Assembly: GCA_036405895.1 (NCBI GenBank)
Contig: DASWWS010000001.1
Coordinates: 310,468-363,743 of the forward strand
Length of the DNA: 53,276 nucleotides
DNA from: Minisyncoccota bacterium
Lineage (GTDB): Bacteria; Patescibacteriota; Minisyncoccia; Phycocordibacterales; UBA9973
Direction of reading: 5' to 3'
Below the pieces are notes generated by a model. It was not told the origin of the DNA and did not search any database. It worked only from the letters and a program-made list of their open reading frames with translations. Of this stretch, positions 9,206-17,598 are shown piece by piece. The first letter of the stretch is position 1. Each line of letters begins with the position of its first letter. The translations under genes and the position numbers were made by a program.

Positions 9206-9820
9206 TTATAACACAACACTCACTGCATACTCGAGTACGTACTTTGTCGGAAGGTTTGCGGCAAAGAGCATTTTCTTTGCTTCATAAATAGTGCTCGCTT
9301 TCCCTGCGTCATTTTTTACAAAACTCTCCAGCGAATCCAGTAGTTCAACAGCGCGAGCACGGCGCGTTGCAGCGTCGTCGTCTGCATCTGTTGCAAATTC
9401 GGTCTTTATCATTGCAAACATGTCATCGCGCGAGGTTATGTCAAATGCGCTCTTTTCTTTTTCTTCACTGCTATGGATAAGCATTACGCGCGAGCGAATG
9501 GTCGCGGGCACAGTGTACGGATACGGCGTCATTAAAATAATGGTGGTATCAAGGTCGGGCTCTTCTAAGCTCTTGAGCAATACCTGTGCCGCATCCGGAG
9601 AAAAGACCGAAAAAAACACCATGTAGATGCGAGCCTCCCCCGTTCCTTCGGCAATAAACGAAGCAAGTGTTCGCGCATGCTCTGTGGTAAAGCGCGCAAC
9701 GGAAAGCGAATGAACAAACGCGTTATCGACAAGCATTTCTGCAACATGCCGGTCATAGGCACTTTCGGTGCTCTGTATTAAAAACGTTCGCTGTGGCGCG
9801 TAGTCGGCAACAAGTTTCAT
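9206..9820 (-). CDS. Short DNA polymerase III delta-prime-like protein
   Basis: LLKSLEEPDLDTTIILMT and ATIRSRV match the clamp-loader delta-prime signature. The protein is only 204 aa and has no Walker A. Confidence 0.6.
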   Translation of the reverse strand: MKLVADYAPQRTFLIQSTESAYDRHVAEMLVDNAFVHSLSVARFTTEHARTLASFIAEGTGEARIYMVFFSVFSPDAAQVLLKSLEEPDLDTTIILMTPYPYTVPATIRSRVMLIHSSEEKEKSAFDITSRDDMFAMIKTEFATDADDDAATRRARAVELLDSLESFVKNDAGKASTIYEAKKMLFAANLPTKYVLEYAVSVVL

Positions 9821-9845
9821 ACTCTCTGCAGTATAGCGCCTCCGA

Positions 9846-10865
9846 TTAGCGTTTGGCTAAAATAGAGCGCTTGTAATCGTCGACATGCCCCAAGAGAATG
9901 CCAGTACCCTTTACCACGCAATACAAAGGGTCATCAGCAAGGCGCACCTTTACACCGGTTTGCTGTTCGATGAGTGCTGGAAAGTGTGCAAGGGCGCTTG
10001 TGCCGCCGGTCATCACAATACCGTGGTCGATAATATCGCTTGCGAGCTCAGGCGGAGTGGATTCCAATACGGTCTTGATTGCCTTCACCACCTCCTTTAA
10101 TTCGTAGTCGATCGCTTTCACCAGCTCGTTGGTAGTAATAGGAAGCGTTTTTGGAAGGCCAGTTGCAACATCGCGCCCCTTTACTTCACCCGTCACGTCA
10201 GGCGTTACAGGAAGCGCAGCAGCCAATGTGCATTTCAATTCCTCCGCGCTCTGGTCGCCTATCACCACGCCGTATGTTCTTCGCACATGGTCAACAATAG
10301 CCGCATCAAACTTTGTTCCTCCCACTTTCACGGAAGTGGATGCAACAATGCCTCCAAGAGAAATAACAGCCACGTCCGTGGTCCCGCCCCCGATATCAAT
10401 CACCATTGCGCCGCGCGCTTCATTAATAGGCACTCCTGCACCAAGGGCTGCCAATACCGGCTCTTTTACGAGCATGGCGGTGCGCGCTCCTGCTTTCATT
10501 GTCGCTTCAATCACGGCGCGGCGTTCGGTGGAAGTGATGCCGACCGGGACCGAAACAAGCACGTCCGGCTTAAAAAGCGTGCTTCTGCCCAGCGCTTTGC
10601 CGATAAAGTGGCGAAGCATTGCGTAAGTCACGTAGTAGTCAGCAATGGCGCCGTCTTGCATCGGGCGGTAGACCACCACCGCTTCCGGGGTCTTTCCAAT
10701 CATTTCCTTTGCCTCAGAGCCTATTGCCTCAATTGTTTTGGTCGTTTGGTTCACGGCGACAACGGTCGGCTCGTTGACGACGATTCCTTTTCCGGCAACA
10801 AATACAAGGGTATTTGCCGTACCGAGATCAATTCCTATTTTTTTCGATCCAAAGAGTTTCCACAT
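9846..10865 (-). CDS. mreB: Rod shape-determining actin homologue
   Basis: IGIDLGTANTLV, VIDIGGGTTDVAVISLGG and IVMTGGTSAL are actin-fold phosphate and adenosine motifs in MreB order. Confidence 0.9.
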   Translation of the reverse strand: MWKLFGSKKIGIDLGTANTLVFVAGKGIVVNEPTVVAVNQTTKTIEAIGSEAKEMIGKTPEAVVVYRPMQDGAIADYYVTYAMLRHFIGKALGRSTLFKPDVLVSVPVGITSTERRAVIEATMKAGARTAMLVKEPVLAALGAGVPINEARGAMVIDIGGGTTDVAVISLGGIVASTSVKVGGTKFDAAIVDHVRRTYGVVIGDQSAEELKCTLAAALPVTPDVTGEVKGRDVATGLPKTLPITTNELVKAIDYELKEVVKAIKTVLESTPPELASDIIDHGIVMTGGTSALAHFPALIEQQTGVKVRLADDPLYCVVKGTGILLGHVDDYKRSILAKR

Positions 10866-10879
10866 GTGTCATACAATAG

Positions 10880-10885
10880 TATAGT
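10880..10885 (+). promoter_or_regulatory. -10 box (TATAGT) placed 6 nt upstream of the priA ATG; leaderless-type start
   Basis: Sequence reads tatagt gcgcat ATG. No Shine-Dalgarno sequence fits in the gap. Confidence 0.45.
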
Positions 10886-10891
10886 GCGCAT

Positions 10892-12760
10892 ATGTTTATC
10901 GCAACCGTTATCCCCATAGCCCGCGGCATTCCGTTTGATACGCTCACCTACTATGCCAATACTCTTTTGGAACCCGGCTCTCTGGTGACCATTCCCTTTG
11001 GCCGCCAAACAATCAATGGCATCGTCACTGAAACAATTCCCTTGGCTGAAGCAAAGAGTATGGTAAAGGCTGCAAACTTTACGCTCAAGAAAATAAAAAC
11101 CGTCATCGGCGTTGCGCCTTTCATGCGCGCAGCAGCGCTTGCGCTTACAGACACCTCCGGGCTCACACTCACCCCTATCGGCACGCTTGCCGGAAACGTC
11201 ATACCGAACACGCTCTTTGATTACGTTAATGGCGAAAAAGTTATTGCGGAAGAATTGCAAGAGAGTGCTGCAAATACCTTTGAAGAAACCGTGACGCTCG
11301 GAACAGAGAGCGAGCGTATCGACCACTACAAGCGCATTGTGCGAAGCGCATTTGCCGCAAAAAAAAGCGTCCTTGTCACCGCACCCACAATACGTAAGCT
11401 TGAGCGCCTGCAGGCACTGTTGGAAAAAGGGATTGGCAAGCATGTAGTCGCACTTCACAGCAAAACAACAAAGAAAAATCTCCGCAGTGCATTTGCTCTT
11501 TTGAAGTCCAGCGAACGCCCGCTCATTATTTTTGCAACACCAGGCTTTTTAGTGCTGCCACGCACTGACATCGGCATTGTGATCACTGAAGATGAAAGCA
11601 GCAGCCTCTACCACACTGCTGATCGCTACAAAAGCGATCTGCGCGTATTTATTCGCTGCTTTTCAGAACGCCTCGGGTGCAAGCTTGTTTGGGGCGATAC
11701 GCTGCCGCGCCTTGCAACACTCAAACGCCTTGGCTCCGACCATCTCCCTCGCACATACATCCCCGACAAGCTCACCGTTGTTCCGGTCGAGCCGTACCGA
11801 AGCGTGCTTCCCGGCGAAGTAATGGAAATTATCCGCCATGCGCATGTAAAAGGGCGCAGGCTCTATATCTATGCCTCTCGCAAAGGAGTGGCTCCGCTTT
11901 CTCGCTGCAGCGACTGCGGCACCATTACAACCTGCCCGACATGCGAGCTCCCCATGGTGTTGCGCAATACAGTAACAAGTGAAGGCATTCGCGTGCGGTC
12001 ATTTGTCTGCTCGCACTGCGCCACAACCCTTCCTCCAACCCACACGTGCACCTACTGCGGAAGCTGGAATATTACGCCTTCAGCAATCGGCACCGAAAGC
12101 ATTCGCGATGCAGTTATCGAGCTTGTAGGGCCCGAACATGTCGTTGTCGTCGACGACGACCTTACTCCCGACAGCGCTACAATCGAGTCGATCATCACCG
12201 AGACCGACCGAAAAAAATTTGTCATCATCATCGGCACAATCAAGGTATTGTCATACCTCAAGCATATTCACTATGCAGTTTTTCCGTTTTTCGATCGACT
12301 CCTTTCAACGCCGTCGTTGTACACCACAGAAAACATTCTACGTTTGGTGATGGAGTGCAACGAGCGCTCAACCGAAGGCGTGCTCGCATTTTCGCGCGAC
12401 CCCGAATTTCCGTTCACCCGGCAGCTCGAGACGCAAAAAATCAATGCGATCATTCACGACGAGCTCACCCTTCGAAGCGAGCTTGGCTATCCGCCGTTTG
12501 GGTCACTCATAAAAGTAAGCCTTACCGTACCGGAGGGCTATCGCAAGCGGGTAATTGAGGACGTGCAAGTGTATTTGTGCAATACGGAGGCAACAATGAT
12601 GCCGGCGCGCCGCATCAGCCCCGGAAGCATGAAGGTGCTCATGACCTGGGTCATCAAAGCGCCGCTGACCTATATAGAAGAAGAGGGTCCGGCCCTTGTC
12701 TCATTCCTTCAAACGCTTCGTTTCCCCTACCTCATCGAAGAAAACCCTGAGAGGCTCTGA
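10892..12760 (+). CDS. priA: Primosomal protein N' homologue with degenerate helicase motifs
   Basis: N-terminal 3'-DNA-binding-like region (VIPIARGIPFDTLTYY...GSLVTIPFGRQTINGIV). Cys-rich Zn insert (CSDCGTITTCPTCELPMV...CSHCATT...CTYCGS). The Walker A position reads GTESERI and the DEEH position reads TEDESS. Confidence 0.8.
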   Translation: MFIATVIPIARGIPFDTLTYYANTLLEPGSLVTIPFGRQTINGIVTETIPLAEAKSMVKAANFTLKKIKTVIGVAPFMRAAALALTDTSGLTLTPIGTLAGNVIPNTLFDYVNGEKVIAEELQESAANTFEETVTLGTESERIDHYKRIVRSAFAAKKSVLVTAPTIRKLERLQALLEKGIGKHVVALHSKTTKKNLRSAFALLKSSERPLIIFATPGFLVLPRTDIGIVITEDESSSLYHTADRYKSDLRVFIRCFSERLGCKLVWGDTLPRLATLKRLGSDHLPRTYIPDKLTVVPVEPYRSVLPGEVMEIIRHAHVKGRRLYIYASRKGVAPLSRCSDCGTITTCPTCELPMVLRNTVTSEGIRVRSFVCSHCATTLPPTHTCTYCGSWNITPSAIGTESIRDAVIELVGPEHVVVVDDDLTPDSATIESIITETDRKKFVIIIGTIKVLSYLKHIHYAVFPFFDRLLSTPSLYTTENILRLVMECNERSTEGVLAFSRDPEFPFTRQLETQKINAIIHDELTLRSELGYPPFGSLIKVSLTVPEGYRKRVIEDVQVYLCNTEATMMPARRISPGSMKVLMTWVIKAPLTYIEEEGPALVSFLQTLRFPYLIEENPERL

Positions 12761-12762
12761 TT

Positions 12763-12790
12763 TTGACATACACAGCTATCGTGTTACAAT
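12763..12790 (+). promoter_or_regulatory. Near-consensus sigma-70-type promoter
   Basis: TTGACA (12763-12768), a 16-nt spacer ending in TGt, then TACAAT (12785-12790). It begins 3 nt after the priA stop. Confidence 0.55.
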
Positions 12791-12820
12791 GTTAAAAATT
12801 CACAATTAAATACAAACGAA

Positions 12821-13060
12821 ATGAGAAAAAGCCGATACTTTTACCTAGTATTATTACGGAAAACAAGACTATTAACGACGCCGAACAATCTCGAGAACAT
12901 AAGCCTTATATTGGCTATGGCCCTCGTACTCTGCGTCTTTGCTCCTTATGGAACAACACCAAAAGACCAACGTATTATAATAGCCTCTCCATTTACTCTT
13001 CCCTGCTTAATCCTCTACTTCTACTCTCAAAAGAAGCGAAGATACAAGCTCATAGAATAG
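12821..13060 (+). CDS. Possible small two-TM membrane protein (alternatively a non-coding transcript)
   Basis: 79-aa ORF with basic ends and two hydrophobic segments (ISLILAMALVLCVFAP, IIIASPFTLPCLILYFY). It lies between a strong promoter and a strong terminator. It is AT-rich and has no SD. Confidence 0.3.
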   Translation: MRKSRYFYLVLLRKTRLLTTPNNLENISLILAMALVLCVFAPYGTTPKDQRIIIASPFTLPCLILYFYSQKKRRYKLIE

Positions 13061-13078
13061 AGTGCAATCATTCCATTA

Positions 13079-13101
13079 AGCCGCCCCAGGGCGGCTTTTT
13101 T
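13079..13101 (+). terminator. Intrinsic terminator
   Basis: agccgcc ccag ggcggct followed by tttttt. Confidence 0.75.
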
Positions 13102-13155
13102 CTATTGCAGCGATTGGGTTGCGCAAGTAAGTCACGCGTGGTACCATTAGCGCCT

Positions 13156-13380
13156 ATGTCAATGACCAATGTTGAACTCAAGCCAAATCCACACGAAAAC
13201 GCGATGAGCATCATCCGCCGTTTTTCACGCAAAATGATCGAAAGCGGAGTGATTCCAAAGGTAAAAGGAAAGCGCTATGCAGTGCGCCCGATGTCCAAGC
13301 TCGGACAGAAGAACCTTGCACTGAAGAAACTCGCTCGACGCGACGAAGTGGAGCACCTCAAAAAGCTCGGCAAAATGTAA
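13156..13380 (+). CDS. rpsU: 30S ribosomal protein S21
   Basis: The sequence NAMSIIRRFSRKMIESGVIPKVKGKRYAVRPMSKLGQKNLALKKLARR is a basic S21-like sequence. The track ORF starts at a TTG at 13105. ATG at 13156 is more plausible. Confidence 0.8.
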   Translation: MSMTNVELKPNPHENAMSIIRRFSRKMIESGVIPKVKGKRYAVRPMSKLGQKNLALKKLARRDEVEHLKKLGKM

Positions 13381-13393
13381 TCTAGCTCTAAGT

Positions 13394-13810
13394 ATGGTAG
13401 AGGAATATCCAAATCTCACTATATCCGGCAAAGGCACACTACCCCGTGTGCCTTTTTTGGCAATTAAGGAGACGGTGCTGGGGAAAAAATACGACCTCTC
13501 TATCCGCTTTGTTGATCCTGCTACAGCCCTTGCACTCAACATCACGCACCGCCAAAAAGACTACATTCCTAACACGCTCTCTTTTTCATTGAGCGACACA
13601 AGCGGAGAGATTGTCCTATGCCGCTCTGCAATTCGAAAAGAATACAAAAAATTCAATATGAGCTATGACACGTATCTCATGTTTTTAGTCATCCACAGCA
13701 GCCTGCATTTGGTGGGAATGACGCATGGGAGTACAATGGAGAGCAAGGAACTTTTTTTTCTAAAAAAATTCGCACCAGCAAATGAAACAATCACTCTCAG
13801 TCGGCATTGA
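13394..13810 (+). CDS. ybeY: rRNA maturation endoribonuclease YbeY
   Basis: H-x3-H-x5-H zinc motif in VIHSSLHLVGMTHG. The size (138 aa) and the position next to rpsU and ftsA fit YbeY. Confidence 0.8.
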   Translation: MVEEYPNLTISGKGTLPRVPFLAIKETVLGKKYDLSIRFVDPATALALNITHRQKDYIPNTLSFSLSDTSGEIVLCRSAIRKEYKKFNMSYDTYLMFLVIHSSLHLVGMTHGSTMESKELFFLKKFAPANETITLSRH

Positions 13811-14945
13811 TATCGGTTCGAGCATGACGCGCGTCGTCGTGACTGAATATGCGTCGCCTGATGGCGGACATCCCCGCATTGTTGCGCTCGGCACCGCTGA
13901 AACTCGCGGCGTTCGCCATGGCTATACCATCAACAAAGACGATGCGACAGCGAGCTTGATGATTGCCGTGCGCGAAGCAGAGCGCGAGCTCGGCAGCCGC
14001 ATTAAGACTGCTGCTATTTCTATCAGCGGCATCGGCCTTCAGAGCATGTATGCAAACGGCTCCACTGTTGCAAGCCGAGCCGACGGCATTATCAGCAAAC
14101 TCGACATTGAAAAGGCAATCCAGGATGCAGAAAGCCAGATTGATTTGAAAAACAAATCAATCCTCCACGCATTCCCTGTCCTCTTTAAAGTAGACGGCAA
14201 AGAGCTCCCAACTCGCCCTGATGGCATGCAAGGACTCAAGCTCGAAGTGAAGGTGCTTTTTATTACAGCATTCCAGCAGCATCTCGACGACATCCTCTCA
14301 GTCGTAACAGATGCCGGCATCAAGGTGACAAGCTTTACCGCAACCCCTATCGCTCCGCAAAAGCTTTTGCTCACCGATTTGCAGCGAAATTTTGGCTGCG
14401 CACTAATTGATATCGGGGCTGAGACTGTGTCTGTTTCTGTCTACGAAAACAATACGCTCACCACGCTTCATGTATTCGGTATTGGGTCGCTCGACATCAC
14501 CAAAGATATCGCGCTCGGGCTTCGCATCACCCCTGAAGAGGCAGAGAGCATCAAGCTTGGCACCGTAAGCTTTCAGACCGTTCCAAAAAAGAAGCTCGAC
14601 GAAATCATCGAAGCTCGCCTCTCGGACATTTTTGAACTCATCGACAAATACTTTAAGAAAATCGGGCGAAGCGGCCTGCTTCCAGCCGGCGCAATTATCA
14701 TCGGCGGCGGCTCTCTCGGGCCCATGATTGAGCCTGTTGCAAAAGCAATGCTCAAAATCCCTGTCCGCATGGGCCACGTTGATATTCCAAGCACCAAGGG
14801 CCCTATCAAAGACCCGCGCTACCTTCTTGCGTACGCAATAGCAACCAACAATACCGAACTCGGCAAGCACGCTCGGAGCAACAGCGGCGACAATGACGGT
14901 TTCCTCAGCGTCATCAAGGACTTCTTCAAGCAATTGATGCCGTAA
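13782..14945 (+). CDS. ftsA: Cell division protein FtsA
   Basis: VGIDIGSSMTRVVV, ALIDIGAETVSVSVY and IIIGGGSL are actin-fold motifs in FtsA order. The gene overlaps the ybeY 3' end by 29 nt. Confidence 0.85.
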   Translation: MKQSLSVGIDIGSSMTRVVVTEYASPDGGHPRIVALGTAETRGVRHGYTINKDDATASLMIAVREAERELGSRIKTAAISISGIGLQSMYANGSTVASRADGIISKLDIEKAIQDAESQIDLKNKSILHAFPVLFKVDGKELPTRPDGMQGLKLEVKVLFITAFQQHLDDILSVVTDAGIKVTSFTATPIAPQKLLLTDLQRNFGCALIDIGAETVSVSVYENNTLTTLHVFGIGSLDITKDIALGLRITPEEAESIKLGTVSFQTVPKKKLDEIIEARLSDIFELIDKYFKKIGRSGLLPAGAIIIGGGSLGPMIEPVAKAMLKIPVRMGHVDIPSTKGPIKDPRYLLAYAIATNNTELGKHARSNSGDNDGFLSVIKDFFKQLMP

Positions 14946-14971
14946 AATAGTTACCCTTTTGAAACATATAA

Positions 14972-14995
14972 AAACCCCACCTTTAGGTGGGGTTT
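14972..14995. terminator. Bidirectional terminator hairpin between ftsA and the convergent 15013 gene
   Basis: aaaccccacc ttta ggtggggttt with A/T flanks. Confidence 0.75.
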
Positions 14996-15012
14996 AAAGT
15001 ACAAGACCTTAT

Positions 15013-16050
15013 CTAATTTTGCTGTAACGGGAGCAAGTCTGCGCGCTTTGCATCAAAATGCTCTGCAATGTACTGCATCACCTTTTTTTCTCCTGCAAAG
15101 TCACCAAACTGATCAATAACAGCAACCATTCCATAGCTTTCATATGCAATGATAGGGTCTGTCGGATACTTTTGTTTTAAAATACCCAATGTTTCGTTAT
15201 CGAGCACAACGCTGAATGCCCTTCTGTCAGCAACTAAAAAAGTTTTAAGTCCAGCCCTATAGCACCGCAATAACTTTTCCTGAATCGATAGAGGGGGTGT
15301 GGGAAGAATTATTTTAAATAAATCTTCGCACTCATCAATATCTTTATCGTTATCCGTATACTTTGGCCAAAGATGTTTAGCTATATTTCTTTTTAGTGCG
15401 CTTTTATATGCATACCGAATCAAAGCGAACAGCGGTGCGGTGCAGAGGTAGCAAAATACTGCCCTCTCATACGTTTTCGCATTTTCAGGATTTTCGGAAT
15501 TTAGACCCCCTACCACTCCAATAATGAGCTGTAGAGCAGCGAAGGAAATAAAGTACAGATGATTCCCTATGCCAAGCAACGCTCCGAGAAAACAGAGACA
15601 CACAAGATGGGCAACAATAAGGAAGAGAGTCAAGACTACATTATTATTGCTGAAACTGTATTTCTCTTGAAATGCAGCCCCGTTTCCATATACCTCACCG
15701 GTGTCTTTCATTCTATAAAAAGAATACAGCTTGGCTTCGGTAATCAGGGTTCTAAATATCCCGCTCGGCAAAATTGCTATAGGAGCAATTCCAGCTGTTC
15801 GCAAGGTCTTGCGAACAATAGATGCATTTTCGATTTCTTGCAGCAACGAAAGTTTTAATGCTTCAGAACTTTCTTCATCAGAAAATGAAACTTCAAATCC
15901 TGATACATTCACGGTCTTTTTTAATCCCATGTCCTCATTTGAAAGCTCTTCAATAAGCATGTCTCTGTTTTTATCGTAGGCGATACTGGCACGAGTAAGC
16001 CATTGCTCTTTCTCCTGTGGAGACTGAACAGCTAGTTGATTTGTATTCAT
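15013..16050 (-). CDS. Hypothetical multi-pass membrane protein
   Basis: 345-aa ORF with central hydrophobic helices (VVLTLFLIVAHLVCLCFLGALLGIG, FISFAALQLIIGVVGG, AVFCYLCTAPLFALI). It is more AT-rich than its neighbours. No motif recognised. Confidence 0.6.
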   Translation of the reverse strand: MNTNQLAVQSPQEKEQWLTRASIAYDKNRDMLIEELSNEDMGLKKTVNVSGFEVSFSDEESSEALKLSLLQEIENASIVRKTLRTAGIAPIAILPSGIFRTLITEAKLYSFYRMKDTGEVYGNGAAFQEKYSFSNNNVVLTLFLIVAHLVCLCFLGALLGIGNHLYFISFAALQLIIGVVGGLNSENPENAKTYERAVFCYLCTAPLFALIRYAYKSALKRNIAKHLWPKYTDNDKDIDECEDLFKIILPTPPLSIQEKLLRCYRAGLKTFLVADRRAFSVVLDNETLGILKQKYPTDPIIAYESYGMVAVIDQFGDFAGEKKVMQYIAEHFDAKRADLLPLQQN

Positions 16051-16113
16051 TTGTTAAGTGGTTTTAGTTTTCTAAGTTATATCATTATATTTTCAATAGT
16101 CAATTCTAATAGC

Positions 16114-16146
16114 AATACCCCCAGACATGCACTGTCTGGGGGTATT
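16114..16146 (-). terminator. Terminator-like 13-bp hairpin after the 16170 gene
   Basis: aatacccccagac / gtctgggggtatt with a 7-nt loop. The U-tract is weak. Confidence 0.5.
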
Positions 16147-16169
16147 GAAGGTTTCAATTATTATTAAGA

Positions 16170-17387
16170 CTAGAGTTCATTAATTGCATCGTTTGCCGCA
16201 TCCTCGGCGTCATTTGCCAAGTCTTCTGCATCATCATAGTCCTCATCGTCATAGGCGTCTTCTGCTTCGTCGAGCAAGTCTTCAGCTTCTTCAAGCAGTT
16301 CTTCTGCATCATCAGTATCTTTATTACTGTCTGCGATTTCGTCTTCCGCATCTTCTATTGCATCTTTTGCGTCTTCAATGGCATCTTTTGCCTTCTCCTT
16401 GTCTTTCTTTGCATCGCCTCCGATTGCGTCAATGGCGTCGTCTACTGTATCAGATGCTTTCTTTACCAAATCTTCTGCCTCATCAGTATCTCCATCATCA
16501 AGCGCGTCTTCTGCTTTCTCTAAGAGTTCTTCAGCTTTTTCCAACAGCTCTTCAGATTCTTCAATGTCTTCTCCATCATCGTCCGCTTCCTCAACGTCTT
16601 TCCACGCTTCGTCTATTTCATCAAATACGCGGTCAATGTCGTCTTCGATTTCATCTTCCTGTGTTTCTCCGCCCGCATCACTGAATGCATCTTCGGCATT
16701 GTCGTGCGCCTTGGCAGCCGCTACGAGTGCGTCCGCAAAGTCTTCGTCAAAATAGGCATCTACCGCTTCTGCAAGGTCTTCTCGGGCGTCTTCAAGGTTT
16801 ATCTTTGCGTCTTCAACTGCTTCCCCTGCTTCAGCATCCTCGATTTCGTCTTCCGCATCATTAATCATATCGATTGCTTCCTTGATAGCCTCTTTTGCCT
16901 TCTTTGCTTCAGAAGAATTAGCGGTGTTGGCAGCTTTTGCCGCAGCAAGTTGTGAAGTAAGGGTTGCGATCTGTGCCTTATACGCCTCAATCGCTGCATC
17001 ATTGTTATTCGGAGCCGGTGTTGATGGAGTTGCCGGGGCTGGAGTCGTTACCCCTGCTGCAAGCTTTGCGTATGCTGCACGAGAAAGGGTTCCAAATGTT
17101 CCCACTGCAGGAAAAAGGCCGTTTGCAGCCTGCCAGCTTGCAACCGCTTCTTTTGTCTTTTGCCCATACTGTGTCGTTTCGCTTCCTGGGGCGCCGCCGC
17201 CTGTTGCAGCTATCACAAACCCTTCGCTATTAAGATACTTTTGAAGACAACGAACGTCTTCTCCTGTAACGCCGAGATCAAGCACGCGGGTGAAGGTGCA
17301 GATTGGTGCAGCAGAGGCAGGTGTTGTAAAAGTAAACAGTGCGAGCGTAAAGAATGCGTCAAAGAACAGTTGCGTGGAAATTTTCAT
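16170..17387 (-). CDS. Secreted peptidoglycan-binding-domain protein with a long hyper-acidic helical repeat region
   Basis: Signal peptide MKISTQLFFDAFFTLALFTFTTPASAA (ATG at 17387; the track ORF starts at 17444). PG_binding_1-like segment (GVTGEDVRCLQKYLNSEGF...YGQKTKEAVASWQAANGL). Ala/Pro linker, then about 230 aa of D/E/A-rich repeats (ELLEKAEELLEKAEDALDD..., ELLEEAEDLLDEAEDAYDD...). Confidence 0.7.
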   Translation of the reverse strand: MKISTQLFFDAFFTLALFTFTTPASAAPICTFTRVLDLGVTGEDVRCLQKYLNSEGFVIAATGGGAPGSETTQYGQKTKEAVASWQAANGLFPAVGTFGTLSRAAYAKLAAGVTTPAPATPSTPAPNNNDAAIEAYKAQIATLTSQLAAAKAANTANSSEAKKAKEAIKEAIDMINDAEDEIEDAEAGEAVEDAKINLEDAREDLAEAVDAYFDEDFADALVAAAKAHDNAEDAFSDAGGETQEDEIEDDIDRVFDEIDEAWKDVEEADDDGEDIEESEELLEKAEELLEKAEDALDDGDTDEAEDLVKKASDTVDDAIDAIGGDAKKDKEKAKDAIEDAKDAIEDAEDEIADSNKDTDDAEELLEEAEDLLDEAEDAYDDEDYDDAEDLANDAEDAANDAINEL

Positions 17388-17598
17388 AATGAGAATGAGG
17401 AATAGAAATTGATAAAGACGATTCGGAAAATCGTTATGATTCAATTATAAAATGGCAAACTTGATTCAACAAGGAATAACTCTTCAATTTATGTAACAGT
17501 ATATAAATTCGTCAACTTCATTGCCCTTTTCTGCCGTTCTGCTACTATTGTGCGTATAGCAATAACCCCGTGGAAAGGGAGCAAAAGAGAGGAGAAAT

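Noticed and set aside
10835-11458. 207-aa minus-strand ORF, and similar long antisense ORFs (14403..14933, 21050..21637, 22006..22791, 38020..38703, 39067..39588, 40488..41066)
   Set aside because: Each lies fully inside, and antisense to, a gene with strong motif support (priA, ftsA, the P-type ATPase, valS, hsp20). Their products are Cys/Arg/Ser-rich with no motifs.
12761-13104. Known housekeeping ncRNA (6S, SRP, RNase P, tmRNA) in the priA-rpsU spacer
   Set aside because: I could not find the conserved signatures by eye, such as GGAAAGUCC-type CR-I, the SRP GGAA/GCA loop or the tmRNA tRNA-like end. This needs a covariance-model scan.
16184-17244. Plus-strand ORFs 16184..16684, 16378..16755 and 16882..17244
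   Set aside because: They are Leu/Ser/His-rich antisense readings of the Asp/Glu/Ala repeat gene on the minus strand.
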